Of a stretch of DNA of 64,000 nucleotides, positions 1-8,632 are shown one piece after another. The notes below the pieces were generated by a model. That model was not told where the DNA came from. It was given only the letters and a program-made list of their open reading frames with translations, and searched no databases. This DNA is from an uncultured bacterium. Its GTDB lineage: Bacteria; Patescibacteriota; Minisyncoccia; UBA6257; 2-01-FULL-56-20. The stretch covers positions 656,344 to 720,343 of the forward strand of contig CAVOJZ010000002.1 of assembly GCA_963696395.1 (NCBI GenBank). Reading direction: 5' to 3'. The first letter of the stretch is position 1. Each line of letters opens with the position of its first letter. A program made the translations under genes and the position numbers.

Positions 1-240
1 GGCACCCGCGTATACGGATTTATCGTGCAGGAGCACGAATTATCGGCCGACCTTGCCGATGTCCAGGCAAAGCTTACGAAGGCACAAACCGACGCGGCAT
101 CGCTTCAGGAAGAGTCGCAGTATCTTGCGAACCCGTTGAACCTGGAAAAAGAATTACGCGCACGATTTAATTATAAAAAGCCCGGCGAGACAATGATCAT
201 TATTGTTCCCGAGCAAAGCTCAACTGCGAGTTCCACCTGA
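1..240 (+). CDS. Cell-division protein FtsB/DivIC-like, C-terminal part (5' end outside window)
   Basis: The frame is open from base 1. The coiled-coil C-terminus ends ...NYKKPGETMIIIVPEQ, typical of septum formation initiator proteins. A terminator follows. Confidence 0.45.
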   Translation, partial: GTRVYGFIVQEHELSADLADVQAKLTKAQTDAASLQEESQYLANPLNLEKELRARFNYKKPGETMIIIVPEQSSTASST

Positions 241-244
241 AGAG

Positions 245-280
245 GAAAAAAAGAGGCGTCGTTTTGACGCCTCCGTTTTC
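245..280. terminator. Bidirectional intrinsic terminator (A-tract, gaggcgtc/gacgcctc stem, T-tract)
   Basis: Perfect 8-bp stem with a 5-nt loop, flanked by AAAAAA upstream and TTTTC downstream. It lies between convergent ORFs. Confidence 0.6.
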
Positions 281-314
281 GAGGCTGAGCGCACGACAAC
301 CATAGAGAATTCAC

Positions 315-596
315 TTATGGTGCGACGCTGCTTGGCGGTAGCGATGTAAAGTACCAAATAAAAAGTGCGATGAGCGTGGCAGCGATGGCTATCCAAATCA
401 AAAAGCGGCGCACGGTAATCTGCTCGGGTGCAATGCGCCCCCACCGTCCAGTATTCTCAGCTCTTTTCATGACTGTTTCATCGGGCGAAGAACGTGCTCC
501 AATAATCGCAAGGACGATGCCAAGAGCGCAGGTTACAAGCCCGAGAGCGCTAAAAGCCACATCGCTTCGCACGCCGATAAAAACGAAGATTATCAT
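315..596 (-). CDS. Small hypothetical membrane protein (93 aa, 2-3 predicted TM segments)
   Basis: The ORF has hydrophobic segments. It lies downstream of the tRNA-Gly and the long hairpin on the minus strand, with no competing credible ORF. Confidence 0.35.
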   Translation of the reverse strand: MIIFVFIGVRSDVAFSALGLVTCALGIVLAIIGARSSPDETVMKRAENTGRWGRIAPEQITVRRFLIWIAIAATLIALFIWYFTSLPPSSVAP

Positions 597-793
597 TACG
601 AGAGGCCGACGATGAGTCCAGAAAACAATCCCCGTAAAACGCCAGCGAGATTAAATGTCCTGTCGAACAATGATTGAGTACGACCCTTTGTCATATATTA
701 ATGATAACACAGAGCATGCATCCTCCCATCGGTATGAACGAAAATGTTTCCCCTCCGACCCACCCCTCTGTTCCATTCCCTTATCGGAACCAT

Positions 794-913
794 CTTTCTC
801 TTTCTTGTATTCCTTTTTGAGGACTCTCGGAAGCACGTAGGTGCTGAGAGGTGAGGTGCGTGCGCAGCAGCGCACGACACCGTGCCTCAAAAAGGAATAC
901 AAGAAAGAGAAAG
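794..913. repeat. Perfect 29-bp inverted repeat (794-822 / 885-913) enclosing a 62-nt, internally hairpin-rich spacer; abuts the tRNA-Gly 3' end
   Basis: ctttctctttcttgtattcctttttgagg is exactly reverse-complementary to cctcaaaaaggaatacaagaaagagaaag. The spacer contains nested stems (gcac/gtgc, gtgcg/cgcac, cacg/cgtg). Confidence 0.8.
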
Positions 914-987
914 TGGAGCGGGTAACGGGAATCGAACCCGTATCTCAACCTTGGGAAGGTCGCGTTCTACCACTGAACCATACCCGC
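914..987 (-). tRNA. tRNA-Gly (anticodon CCC), CCA encoded
   Basis: The reverse complement GCGGGTATGGTTCAGTGGTAGAACGCGACCTTCCCAAGGTTGAGATACGGGTTCGATTCCCGTTACCCGCTCCA folds as a cloverleaf: acceptor GCGGGTA/TACCCGC, anticodon loop TTCCCAA, T-loop GGTTCGATTCC. Confidence 0.85.
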
Positions 988-1339
988 GCGAAAACACCGC
1001 GCAGAAAAATAGTACCTTAATCTTTTTTCTTCAGCAAACTGAGGCAGAAAAATGCGGCGGCTATCATGACGACGGTGGGGCCGGGGTCGAGTCCGTACGC
1101 GTGAGCGATGAGGAATCCACCGGTCAGGCAATAAGTGCCCGTTGAAATTGTCCACCCGAGTCTATCGTTTGTTTAATAACGTACCAACGCGCCGGACTGT
1201 ACAGAATGGGTTGCATTTATAACGAATTTGTGGTAAAAATGCGCCAGTAGGTCTGTTTTTAATTGCACCTTAACAAAAGATTTTTTGGGCTCTTTTACAT
1301 TTTTACTAAAGAGTCGCAAAAAATAAATATAAGATTTTT

Positions 1340-4300
1340 ATGGTTAGTTCAAAACGAAAGATAGCCGCGGTGGGTGTGCTTGCGGTAGGGTTTTTCCTCG
1401 CAGGCGCCATCCTCCGTACGGCGTACGCGGATTCAAGTTCCAGCACGGCAATCTCGAGTTCTTCATTTGCTTCGAGCGAAAGCTACGGATCGAATGCCAC
1501 CTCGAGCGCAACGGCAACTTCAAGCGTTGACGGAAGCTCGGTCTCGGCTTCGGCCTCGAGCGAGAGCGGCAACGATCAAGGACCGGAGTGCGATTGCGGC
1601 GATGGACACGAGCACTCCTGCGCACACCTTAAAGTCTACGTGAATGTCGTGAATGCCGGAGGCGGCACAGCGACGTCATCCGACTTTACGGTTGATGTGA
1701 CCGGGAACAATCCCGATCCGTCTCAATTTCAAGGATCAGCAGCCGGGACCAAAGTGCAACTCGGAAATGGAACGTATAACGCGACGGAGCCGTCTCCGCT
1801 CGTAAATTATTCGGCTTCATATTCCAACGATTGTTCAGGCATCATGGCGAACGGTGATTCGAAAGACTGCAATATCACCGACACCTACGTTCCGTCTTCT
1901 CCCGTTGCTGATATATCGGTTACCAAAGTGGTTGATAATTCGAAACCGAGCGAAGGGGACTTCGTGCATTACACAATAACGGCGACCGACCTCGGCCCGG
2001 CAACTTCAACAGGAGTTGTCGCGTCGGACACGCTGCCTGCAGGAGTCACTTTTGTGAGCGACACCGCATCGCAAGGATCGTACGATCCTGCGACAGGCTT
2101 GTGGAATGTGGGAACGCTTTCGGCGAACTCTTCGGCATCGGTTCAGATCACCGCTACGGTAAATGCCGGGACAGCCGGCGAGACGATCACGAATACCGTG
2201 ACGATCGGTGAATCGTCAACCGAGATCGATCCGGTAACGAGCAACAACACTGCAAGTGCATCGATTACAGTCCAAGGTTGTGGCTGCAACGGCGCGCACA
2301 TCAGGGTGGTTGTGGATGTTATCGGCGGCACAGCGACGTCATCCGACTTTACGGTTGATGTGACCGGAAATAATCCGATCCCTTCACAGTTCCAGGGTTC
2401 CTTGGTTGGAACCGATGTTGCTCTTGGCGCAGGTGCGTATAACGTGACGGAGCCAGCTCCGTTGCCAAACTATACGGCTACCTATGCGAAGGCATGTTCC
2501 GGAACTATTCAGAATGGCGATGATAAGCGTTGTGTCATAACTGACACGTATGCATCATTGCCCTTGGCTGATATTGAAGTCGGGAAGACCGTTGATAATG
2601 CGAATCCGAATGTCGGTGACCCGATCCAATACACGATCACGGCAACCGATCTCGGACCAGCGACATCAACAGGAGTTGTCGCGTCGGATACGTTGCCCTC
2701 GGGAGTCACATATGTGAGCAACACTGCTTCACAGGGATCGTATGATCCTGCGAGCGGTTTGTGGAATGTGGGAACACTTTCCGCAAGCTCGTCGGCATCG
2801 CTCGTCATCAATGTGACGGTTAACGCCGGAACAGCCGGTACGACGATCACAAATACCGCAACGATCGGCGAATCAGCCAGTGAAACCGATCCGAACCCTG
2901 CCAACAATTCTTCGTCAGTCAGCATCCTGGTCCAGGGTGGCGGCGGCGGAGGTAGTACGGCTGACATCGGCATCCTGAAGACGGTCAGCAATGCGAATCC
3001 GGCACCCAACACCACCATCAATTACACTTTGACGGCAATGGCAGCGGGTCCGGCGACTTCGACAGGAGTCGTGGCAACGGATACGTTGCCTGCGGGAGTC
3101 ACGTTTGTTTCCGCAACATCATCCGAAGGTACTTATTCAAGCTCTACGGGAAGTTGGCAGATCGGCGATATGTCGGTCAGCTCTACCGCTCAGCTTGTGA
3201 TAACGGCTTCGGTTGATGCAGCTTCAGCGGGACAGACGATCACGAACACCGCAACGATCGGGGAATCAGCCAGTGAAACCGATCCGAATCCTGCCAACAA
3301 TTCTTCGTCAGTCCAGATTAACGTCCAGGGCGGCGGAGGTGGAGGCAGTACGGCTGACATCCAGATTGAGAAAACCGTTGACAATGCAAATCCGGCGCCG
3401 GGCGCAACCGTGACGTACACGATTGCCGTAACCGACAACGGACCGGACGCGTCTCAAATCGTTGATGCGCAAGACGTTTTGCCGACCGGTCTCAGCATCA
3501 TTTCCGCAACCACGTCACAGGGAACGTTCACCGATGGTGGCACCCTCGACTGGAACATCGGAACGGTTGCTCCGAACGCAACGGCAACGTTGGTTCTCGT
3601 GACTTCCGTCGGTTCCAATACAGCGGGACAGACGATCACGAACACTGCAACGGTAACGCAGTTGAGTTCCATCAACGATCCGAACCTTGCCAACAATTCT
3701 TCGTCAGTCAGCATCCTGGTCCAGGGTGGTGGCGGAGGGGGAGGTGGTGGCGGTGGTGGCGGCGGAACGCCGACCGCGGAAATTGCGATTGCAAAATCCG
3801 TGGACAATGCGAATCCGAGCGTGGGAGCCACGATCCATTACGGTGTCACGGTTTCCGCACTTGGCCCTTCGGCATCGTTGGGAGTTAATGCAACGGATAC
3901 GTTGCCTGCCGGACTCACGTTTGTTTCCGCAACCACATCGGCCGGAATCTATAACGCGAGCTCGGGTTCCTGGAGTCTCGGGACGATCGTTAATGGGACG
4001 CATGCAACGCTTACCATTACCGCTCTTGTCACGGGCACGCCCGGGGAAACAATCACGAACACGGCGACCGTTGGCGAATCGAATGCGGTGAACGATCCGA
4101 ACACGCAGAATAATACTGCGAGTGTATCGCTTACCGTTGCCGGCGGAAGCAGTGGTGGCGGCGGAGGCGGTGGCGGGGAAGTGCTTGGAACAAGCACGAG
4201 CACCGGCCAGGTCCTCGGCGCCAGCTGCGGATTGTATCTGAATGAGTACATTCACCCGATCCGCAAGAACTTGAACGATCCGATGGAGGTGGAAAAACTG

Positions 4301-4543
4301 CAAACGTTCCTGAACCAGAATCTCGGGTTGGACCTTCCGGTCACCGGGTACTATGGTTCAAAGACGATTGCCGCAGTTGACCAGTTCCAGGTGAAATACC
4401 ACTCGGAAGTTCTCGCACCATGGTTACACTTCGGTCTTCCGACCGAATTCACACCAACGGATTACGTGTACAAGACGACGCAGCGCTGGATCAACCTGAT
4501 CATGTGCCCGCCGTTGAATCTCGCAATCCCGCAATTGCCTTAG
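1340..4543 (+). CDS. Cell-surface protein: signal peptide, 2 long tandem units plus 4 further DUF11/CARDB-like repeats separated by poly-Gly linkers, C-terminal peptidoglycan-binding-like domain
   Basis: N-terminal hydrophobic signal. Repeated motif ...TITATDLGPATSTGVVASDTLPAGVTFVS...DPNPANNSSS (conserved repeat domain, DUF11 type). GGGGGG linkers. C-terminus L..DPMEVEKLQTFLNQNLG...TGYYGSKTIAAVDQFQ resembles PG_binding_1. Confidence 0.8.
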   Translation: MVSSKRKIAAVGVLAVGFFLAGAILRTAYADSSSSTAISSSSFASSESYGSNATSSATATSSVDGSSVSASASSESGNDQGPECDCGDGHEHSCAHLKVYVNVVNAGGGTATSSDFTVDVTGNNPDPSQFQGSAAGTKVQLGNGTYNATEPSPLVNYSASYSNDCSGIMANGDSKDCNITDTYVPSSPVADISVTKVVDNSKPSEGDFVHYTITATDLGPATSTGVVASDTLPAGVTFVSDTASQGSYDPATGLWNVGTLSANSSASVQITATVNAGTAGETITNTVTIGESSTEIDPVTSNNTASASITVQGCGCNGAHIRVVVDVIGGTATSSDFTVDVTGNNPIPSQFQGSLVGTDVALGAGAYNVTEPAPLPNYTATYAKACSGTIQNGDDKRCVITDTYASLPLADIEVGKTVDNANPNVGDPIQYTITATDLGPATSTGVVASDTLPSGVTYVSNTASQGSYDPASGLWNVGTLSASSSASLVINVTVNAGTAGTTITNTATIGESASETDPNPANNSSSVSILVQGGGGGGSTADIGILKTVSNANPAPNTTINYTLTAMAAGPATSTGVVATDTLPAGVTFVSATSSEGTYSSSTGSWQIGDMSVSSTAQLVITASVDAASAGQTITNTATIGESASETDPNPANNSSSVQINVQGGGGGGSTADIQIEKTVDNANPAPGATVTYTIAVTDNGPDASQIVDAQDVLPTGLSIISATTSQGTFTDGGTLDWNIGTVAPNATATLVLVTSVGSNTAGQTITNTATVTQLSSINDPNLANNSSSVSILVQGGGGGGGGGGGGGGTPTAEIAIAKSVDNANPSVGATIHYGVTVSALGPSASLGVNATDTLPAGLTFVSATTSAGIYNASSGSWSLGTIVNGTHATLTITALVTGTPGETITNTATVGESNAVNDPNTQNNTASVSLTVAGGSSGGGGGGGGEVLGTSTSTGQVLGASCGLYLNEYIHPIRKNLNDPMEVEKLQTFLNQNLGLDLPVTGYYGSKTIAAVDQFQVKYHSEVLAPWLHFGLPTEFTPTDYVYKTTQRWINLIMCPPLNLAIPQLP

Positions 4544-4562
4544 AGGCCTCTTCGGCAATGCA

Positions 4563-4600
4563 AAAACAAAAACCCCGATCATGACGGGGTTTTTGTTTTT
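4563..4600. terminator. Intrinsic terminator (ccccg/cgggg stem, T-tract; A-tract upstream)
   Basis: aaaaaccccgatcatgacggggtttttgttttt. Confidence 0.7.
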
Positions 4601-4646
4601 GTGCGGATAGTAAATTGATATACTGAAGATGCCGTTCAATTGATCC

Positions 4647-7600
4647 ATGAGGTATTCGTATAAATTTTTTTTTATCACAACCGTTGCACTCTGTGGGGTT
4701 TTTATTATCAATCCAACCGCGAAAGCCGCCCTTTGGAGTGGGATCGTTGATCCTTCGAGAGCGGTTGATTGGAGCCAGGCGGGAGCCACGATTTCGATAA
4801 CCCGAACACAATGCTTCACAACGCAGTGCAATGTGGTTTCAAATGGGACCACCGTTACCGCGGCCTCGATCAACGCGGCACTTGCTTCAGCGCCCGCAAA
4901 CACTTACGTGCTCATTCCCGCCGGATCGTTCACGATGTCGGCCGGACTCAACTTCGATAACAAGAGCAATATAACATTGAGAGGTGCGGGGTCTAACGGC
5001 ACATTTTTGACATTTACCGGTTCTGGCAATGCAGGGAATTGCAACGGAAATGATGTGTGTGCTTCGAGTGCCGACACGAATTATTGGGGCGGTCCATCAA
5101 ACATAGCGACATGGAGTGGCACAAACGGCATGAACGGAAGCTATAGCAAGGGCGCCACATCGATAATATTAAATTCAGTTAACAATCTTTCTGTCGGGAT
5201 GCCGGTGGTACTTGATCAAATTGACGATCAAGCTGATAATGGCGGTCTTTATGTTGGATGTGAATACGGAAGTAGCAACAGCGGTGGAGATGTCTCGACC
5301 GCCTGTTACCCGGGCGGTTATCCAAGCGGCTTCCAGCGTGGCGAAGGTTCACTTTCCACCATCCGTGGCCAACAGCAGATTGTGAACGTCACGAGTATTT
5401 CAGGTTCCGGTCCGTACAACGTGGGAATCTCGCCCGGTATTTATGCGGACAATTTTAAAACGAGCCATTCGCCTGGCGCATGGTGGGCGACCAGTCCGAT
5501 ATATAATGATGCCGTTGAAAATATTTCACTCGATCATACGAATGGCGGAGACGGTATCGACTTCTTTAATTGCACCGGTTGCTGGGTTAAAGGTGTTCGT
5601 GGCGTTCGTGCAAGTGTCACGGGTACCGGATGGGCGAACGTCACGCTTTCGCTTTGCAACCACTGTACCGTGCGGGATTCATATTTCTATGGTTATGACG
5701 GAGATTCATACGGGATAGCGGTTGATCTTGCGAGCGACGTGCTGATTGAAAACAATATAACGCAACGGCCAGAGGTAGTATCATTCTTTAATTCGGATTG
5801 CGAGGGGTGTGTAGCCGATTACAACTTTGGCACCAATGATGTGTTCACGAATTCTTCCAATTGGCTTTCCCAAAGCAGCTACTATCATAGTGTCGATTTA
5901 TTCAGTCTTCTTGAAGGGAATATCGGATCGGGGATTTATGCGGACAGCTTTCACGGAACAAAGGGGTTGAATACGCAGTTCCGGAATCGCTTCGACGGAA
6001 GGGAGGAAAACAATGGAAACGCCACTTACTCTGGAACCGTAGCGTTGCGTCTTAATCCTGGTGCGCGTTACAACAACGCGATCGGAAACATTCTTGGCAC
6101 GCCAGGATATCACACGGTATACGAAAGCACCCCTGCGAGTTACGGTAGTCTTTACAATTCAGTTATTGACGCTGGCGCATACGGAGAAACCGGCACGATG
6201 GATGCTTTGGTTGCCCCGACTTCGATGTTTTGGGGAAACTGGGATGTCGTTTCGAATGCGAGCCGCTGGTGTGGTAATGCTTCCGACCCGGGATGGTCAA
6301 CGACGTGCGCAAGCGTTTCCGAAGTGCCAACGGGGCTGAGTAACTATGCGAACGCCGTTCCACTCACTACGACACTGCCTCCATCTTTTATCTATTCAGC
6401 GAAGCCTTCGTGGTGGCCGGCGAACAAAGCTTGGCCTCCAATTGGACCTGACGTTTCCGGCGGAAATGTAGGGCAATGCTCGGGAGGAATCTACGACAGT
6501 TCCGAGGCGATTTCTTCGGCGGAATGTTCGGGCGGGAGTTTTTCTCCTGTTGCGGGCGGGATGGTGAACAGCATCCCGGCGATGGATTGTTACTTCAATA
6601 TCATGGGAGGAGTTCCAAACGGAACCGGAAACGCCTTGTCGTTTGATCCCTCTCTCTGTTATGCCAGCGGAGGAGGCGGAGACACTCAACCCCCAACGGT
6701 TTCTATCACCAACCCAATAAATGGAGCAACAGTTTCGTCTACGGTTATTATCAGCGCGAATGCCTCCGATAACGTAGCAGTAGCTTCTGTTCAGTTTTTT
6801 GTGGATGGGGCCGCAATTGGCACGGATGGAGCGCCTCCTTATACATTTTCATGGGATTCAACGTCTGTTTCGAATGGAACCCATACGATCACAGCTAAAG
6901 CGACCGATACGTCTGGCAACGCTGCGTCTGCGTCAATCACTGTTACCGTGATGAATATCGGCAACGGTGGGGGAGGATTGGGACAAGTAATACAGACTTG
7001 CGGCAACCAGGCGTACGCAAATAAAAATGTTGCTTGCACGTTCGGAAATGCCATCCAGGCTGGAAACGTTATCGTAGTATACGGGTCGGGGAGTATCGGC
7101 TCTTCTACTGGATCGATTTCTGGGTGTGGGCTCACGTGGACCTATCTCAAGCAGGACGCCGCCACTGGATATGTCTCTGCTTACGCCCCTGTGACAAATA
7201 CGAGCGGTTGCACATTAACGATGAGCGAGAGCAACAGTCCAAGCGATGAATCATATGTGAACGCCATTGAAGTTTCGGGGATTACAACAACGGTGGACGG
7301 AAATTCTTATTCCTACAACACGAATCCCGGTCAATCGTCATATGCGACACCAGACATTATTACTACGTCTGGCAATGACTTCGTAATCGGTTCTTGGCTC
7401 GTCCTTTCGAATAATCAATATGGGAGTCCAACGGTTAACTCTCCTTTTGCTCCGTTGTCATTTTCAGCCGGGAATAATGGGCTTATCACATACGACAATC
7501 AATCCACGCCTGGATCAATATTCGCAACAATTAATACAAACAATTATAGCAACCAAGGATTGCAAACCGTCGCATTCAAAACTTCCGGCTCCGGCGGCGG

Positions 7601-8585
7601 TGGCGACACCCAGGCCCCCACGGTCTCCATCACCGCTCCCTCTTCCGGCTCCACCGTCTCAAGCACCATCTCCGTCCAGGCCTCAGCCTCAGATAATGTA
7701 GGGGTCACCGAAGTCCAGTTCCTCCTCGATGGATCAGTTTCCGCCACCGATCTCTCTTCCCCCTACACCTGGAGCTGGAACACGGCATCATCAAGCAATG
7801 GCCCCCATACCCTCAGTGCCAAAGCCTACGATGCCGCAGGGAACGTGGGTACCGCAACGAATGTCGGTATTACCGTGGCAAATACCTCAGGCACCGAGAC
7901 TTCCACCCCCAGCATTGCTTCCTTCTCCGCCAACCCCGGCACGATAGCCGGAGGACAGGCATCCACCCTCTCCTGGGTCGTATCCGGGAATCCTGCTCCT
8001 ACAATCGGCATCACTCCCGGCATCGGTCAGGTGAGTGGATCATCCGTATCCGTCTCTCCCTCAGAAACCACGGCATATACCCTCACGGCACAAAACAGTC
8101 TCGGAATCGCAACCGCACAAACGACCGTGACGGTAGAGACGAGTGGCGGCGGAGGAGGTGGTGGATCTGGAGGAGGCGGCGGAGGAGGAGGCGGCGGAGG
8201 CTCCGGCTCCGGCTCAGGTAGTAGTTCTGGCTCTGGCTCTGGCTCTTCTTCAGATTCTTCCCCCTCTGCTCTCCAGGCTCTTCTCCAATCCCTCTTGGCA
8301 GAGCTTGAGTCCTTGATCAACGAGCTCAACACCCAGCTTGTAGCCAGCTTTACCCGAAATCTCACGATCGGATCATCAGGACAAGACGTCAAAAACCTCC
8401 AGATCTTCCTGAATGACAACGGCTACACCGTATCCCTATCAGGAGCCGGATCTCCCGGACATGAAGGGACTACCTTTGGGGCAAAAACGGCACAGGCACT
8501 CATGAAATTCCAGGCGAAGCATCAACTCAAAGCCACCGGTTTCTTTGGACCGGCAACGAGGGCATTTATGGAGGGGAAGTGGTGA
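4647..8585 (+). CDS. Giant surface protein paralog (1312 aa): signal peptide, right-handed beta-helix (pectate-lyase-like) domain, Ig-like (Big) domains, Gly/Ser linker, C-terminal PG-binding module
   Basis: Signal peptide MRYSYKFFFITTVALCGVF. Beta-helix-like region with repeated G/N-rich turns. Two DTQ(A/P)PTVSIT...Ig-like domains. GGGGGSGGGG...SGSGS linker. C-terminus LNDNGY...GHEGTTFGAKTAQALMKFQ. Confidence 0.8.
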   Translation: MRYSYKFFFITTVALCGVFIINPTAKAALWSGIVDPSRAVDWSQAGATISITRTQCFTTQCNVVSNGTTVTAASINAALASAPANTYVLIPAGSFTMSAGLNFDNKSNITLRGAGSNGTFLTFTGSGNAGNCNGNDVCASSADTNYWGGPSNIATWSGTNGMNGSYSKGATSIILNSVNNLSVGMPVVLDQIDDQADNGGLYVGCEYGSSNSGGDVSTACYPGGYPSGFQRGEGSLSTIRGQQQIVNVTSISGSGPYNVGISPGIYADNFKTSHSPGAWWATSPIYNDAVENISLDHTNGGDGIDFFNCTGCWVKGVRGVRASVTGTGWANVTLSLCNHCTVRDSYFYGYDGDSYGIAVDLASDVLIENNITQRPEVVSFFNSDCEGCVADYNFGTNDVFTNSSNWLSQSSYYHSVDLFSLLEGNIGSGIYADSFHGTKGLNTQFRNRFDGREENNGNATYSGTVALRLNPGARYNNAIGNILGTPGYHTVYESTPASYGSLYNSVIDAGAYGETGTMDALVAPTSMFWGNWDVVSNASRWCGNASDPGWSTTCASVSEVPTGLSNYANAVPLTTTLPPSFIYSAKPSWWPANKAWPPIGPDVSGGNVGQCSGGIYDSSEAISSAECSGGSFSPVAGGMVNSIPAMDCYFNIMGGVPNGTGNALSFDPSLCYASGGGGDTQPPTVSITNPINGATVSSTVIISANASDNVAVASVQFFVDGAAIGTDGAPPYTFSWDSTSVSNGTHTITAKATDTSGNAASASITVTVMNIGNGGGGLGQVIQTCGNQAYANKNVACTFGNAIQAGNVIVVYGSGSIGSSTGSISGCGLTWTYLKQDAATGYVSAYAPVTNTSGCTLTMSESNSPSDESYVNAIEVSGITTTVDGNSYSYNTNPGQSSYATPDIITTSGNDFVIGSWLVLSNNQYGSPTVNSPFAPLSFSAGNNGLITYDNQSTPGSIFATINTNNYSNQGLQTVAFKTSGSGGGGDTQAPTVSITAPSSGSTVSSTISVQASASDNVGVTEVQFLLDGSVSATDLSSPYTWSWNTASSSNGPHTLSAKAYDAAGNVGTATNVGITVANTSGTETSTPSIASFSANPGTIAGGQASTLSWVVSGNPAPTIGITPGIGQVSGSSVSVSPSETTAYTLTAQNSLGIATAQTTVTVETSGGGGGGGSGGGGGGGGGGGSGSGSGSSSGSGSGSSSDSSPSALQALLQSLLAELESLINELNTQLVASFTRNLTIGSSGQDVKNLQIFLNDNGYTVSLSGAGSPGHEGTTFGAKTAQALMKFQAKHQLKATGFFGPATRAFMEGKW

Positions 8586-8632
8586 GGGAAAATGATTTGC
8601 AATTTTAACCGGTACATGATATAATATTTTTA

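Noticed and set aside
882-1155. ORFs 882-1145 (+) and 967-1155 (-) overlapping the tRNA-Gly
   Set aside because: They overlap a well-folded tRNA and the long inverted repeat, and their low-complexity translations are not credible.
2509-3021. Numerous minus-strand and alternate-frame ORFs inside the giant genes (for example 2509-3021, 3454-3831, 3704-4303, 35418-35762, 39087-39584, 41750-42157, 57863-58153)
   Set aside because: They are embedded in long, compositionally biased, Gly/Pro-codon-rich sense ORFs. The poly-Pro and poly-Gly runs are reverse-complement artefacts of the GGN tracts.
8027-8419. Conserved antisense ORFs (MSFRKIWRF... / MSLRKIWRF...) at 8027-8419, 34142-34342, 39750-39950, 44531-44731, 54258-54485 and 60809-61015 that look like a conserved small-protein family
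   Set aside because: They lie antisense to the conserved 3' coding block of the surface-protein genes. Their conservation is explained by nucleotide identity of the sense genes, and they are Pro/Arg/Ser-rich with no independent signals.
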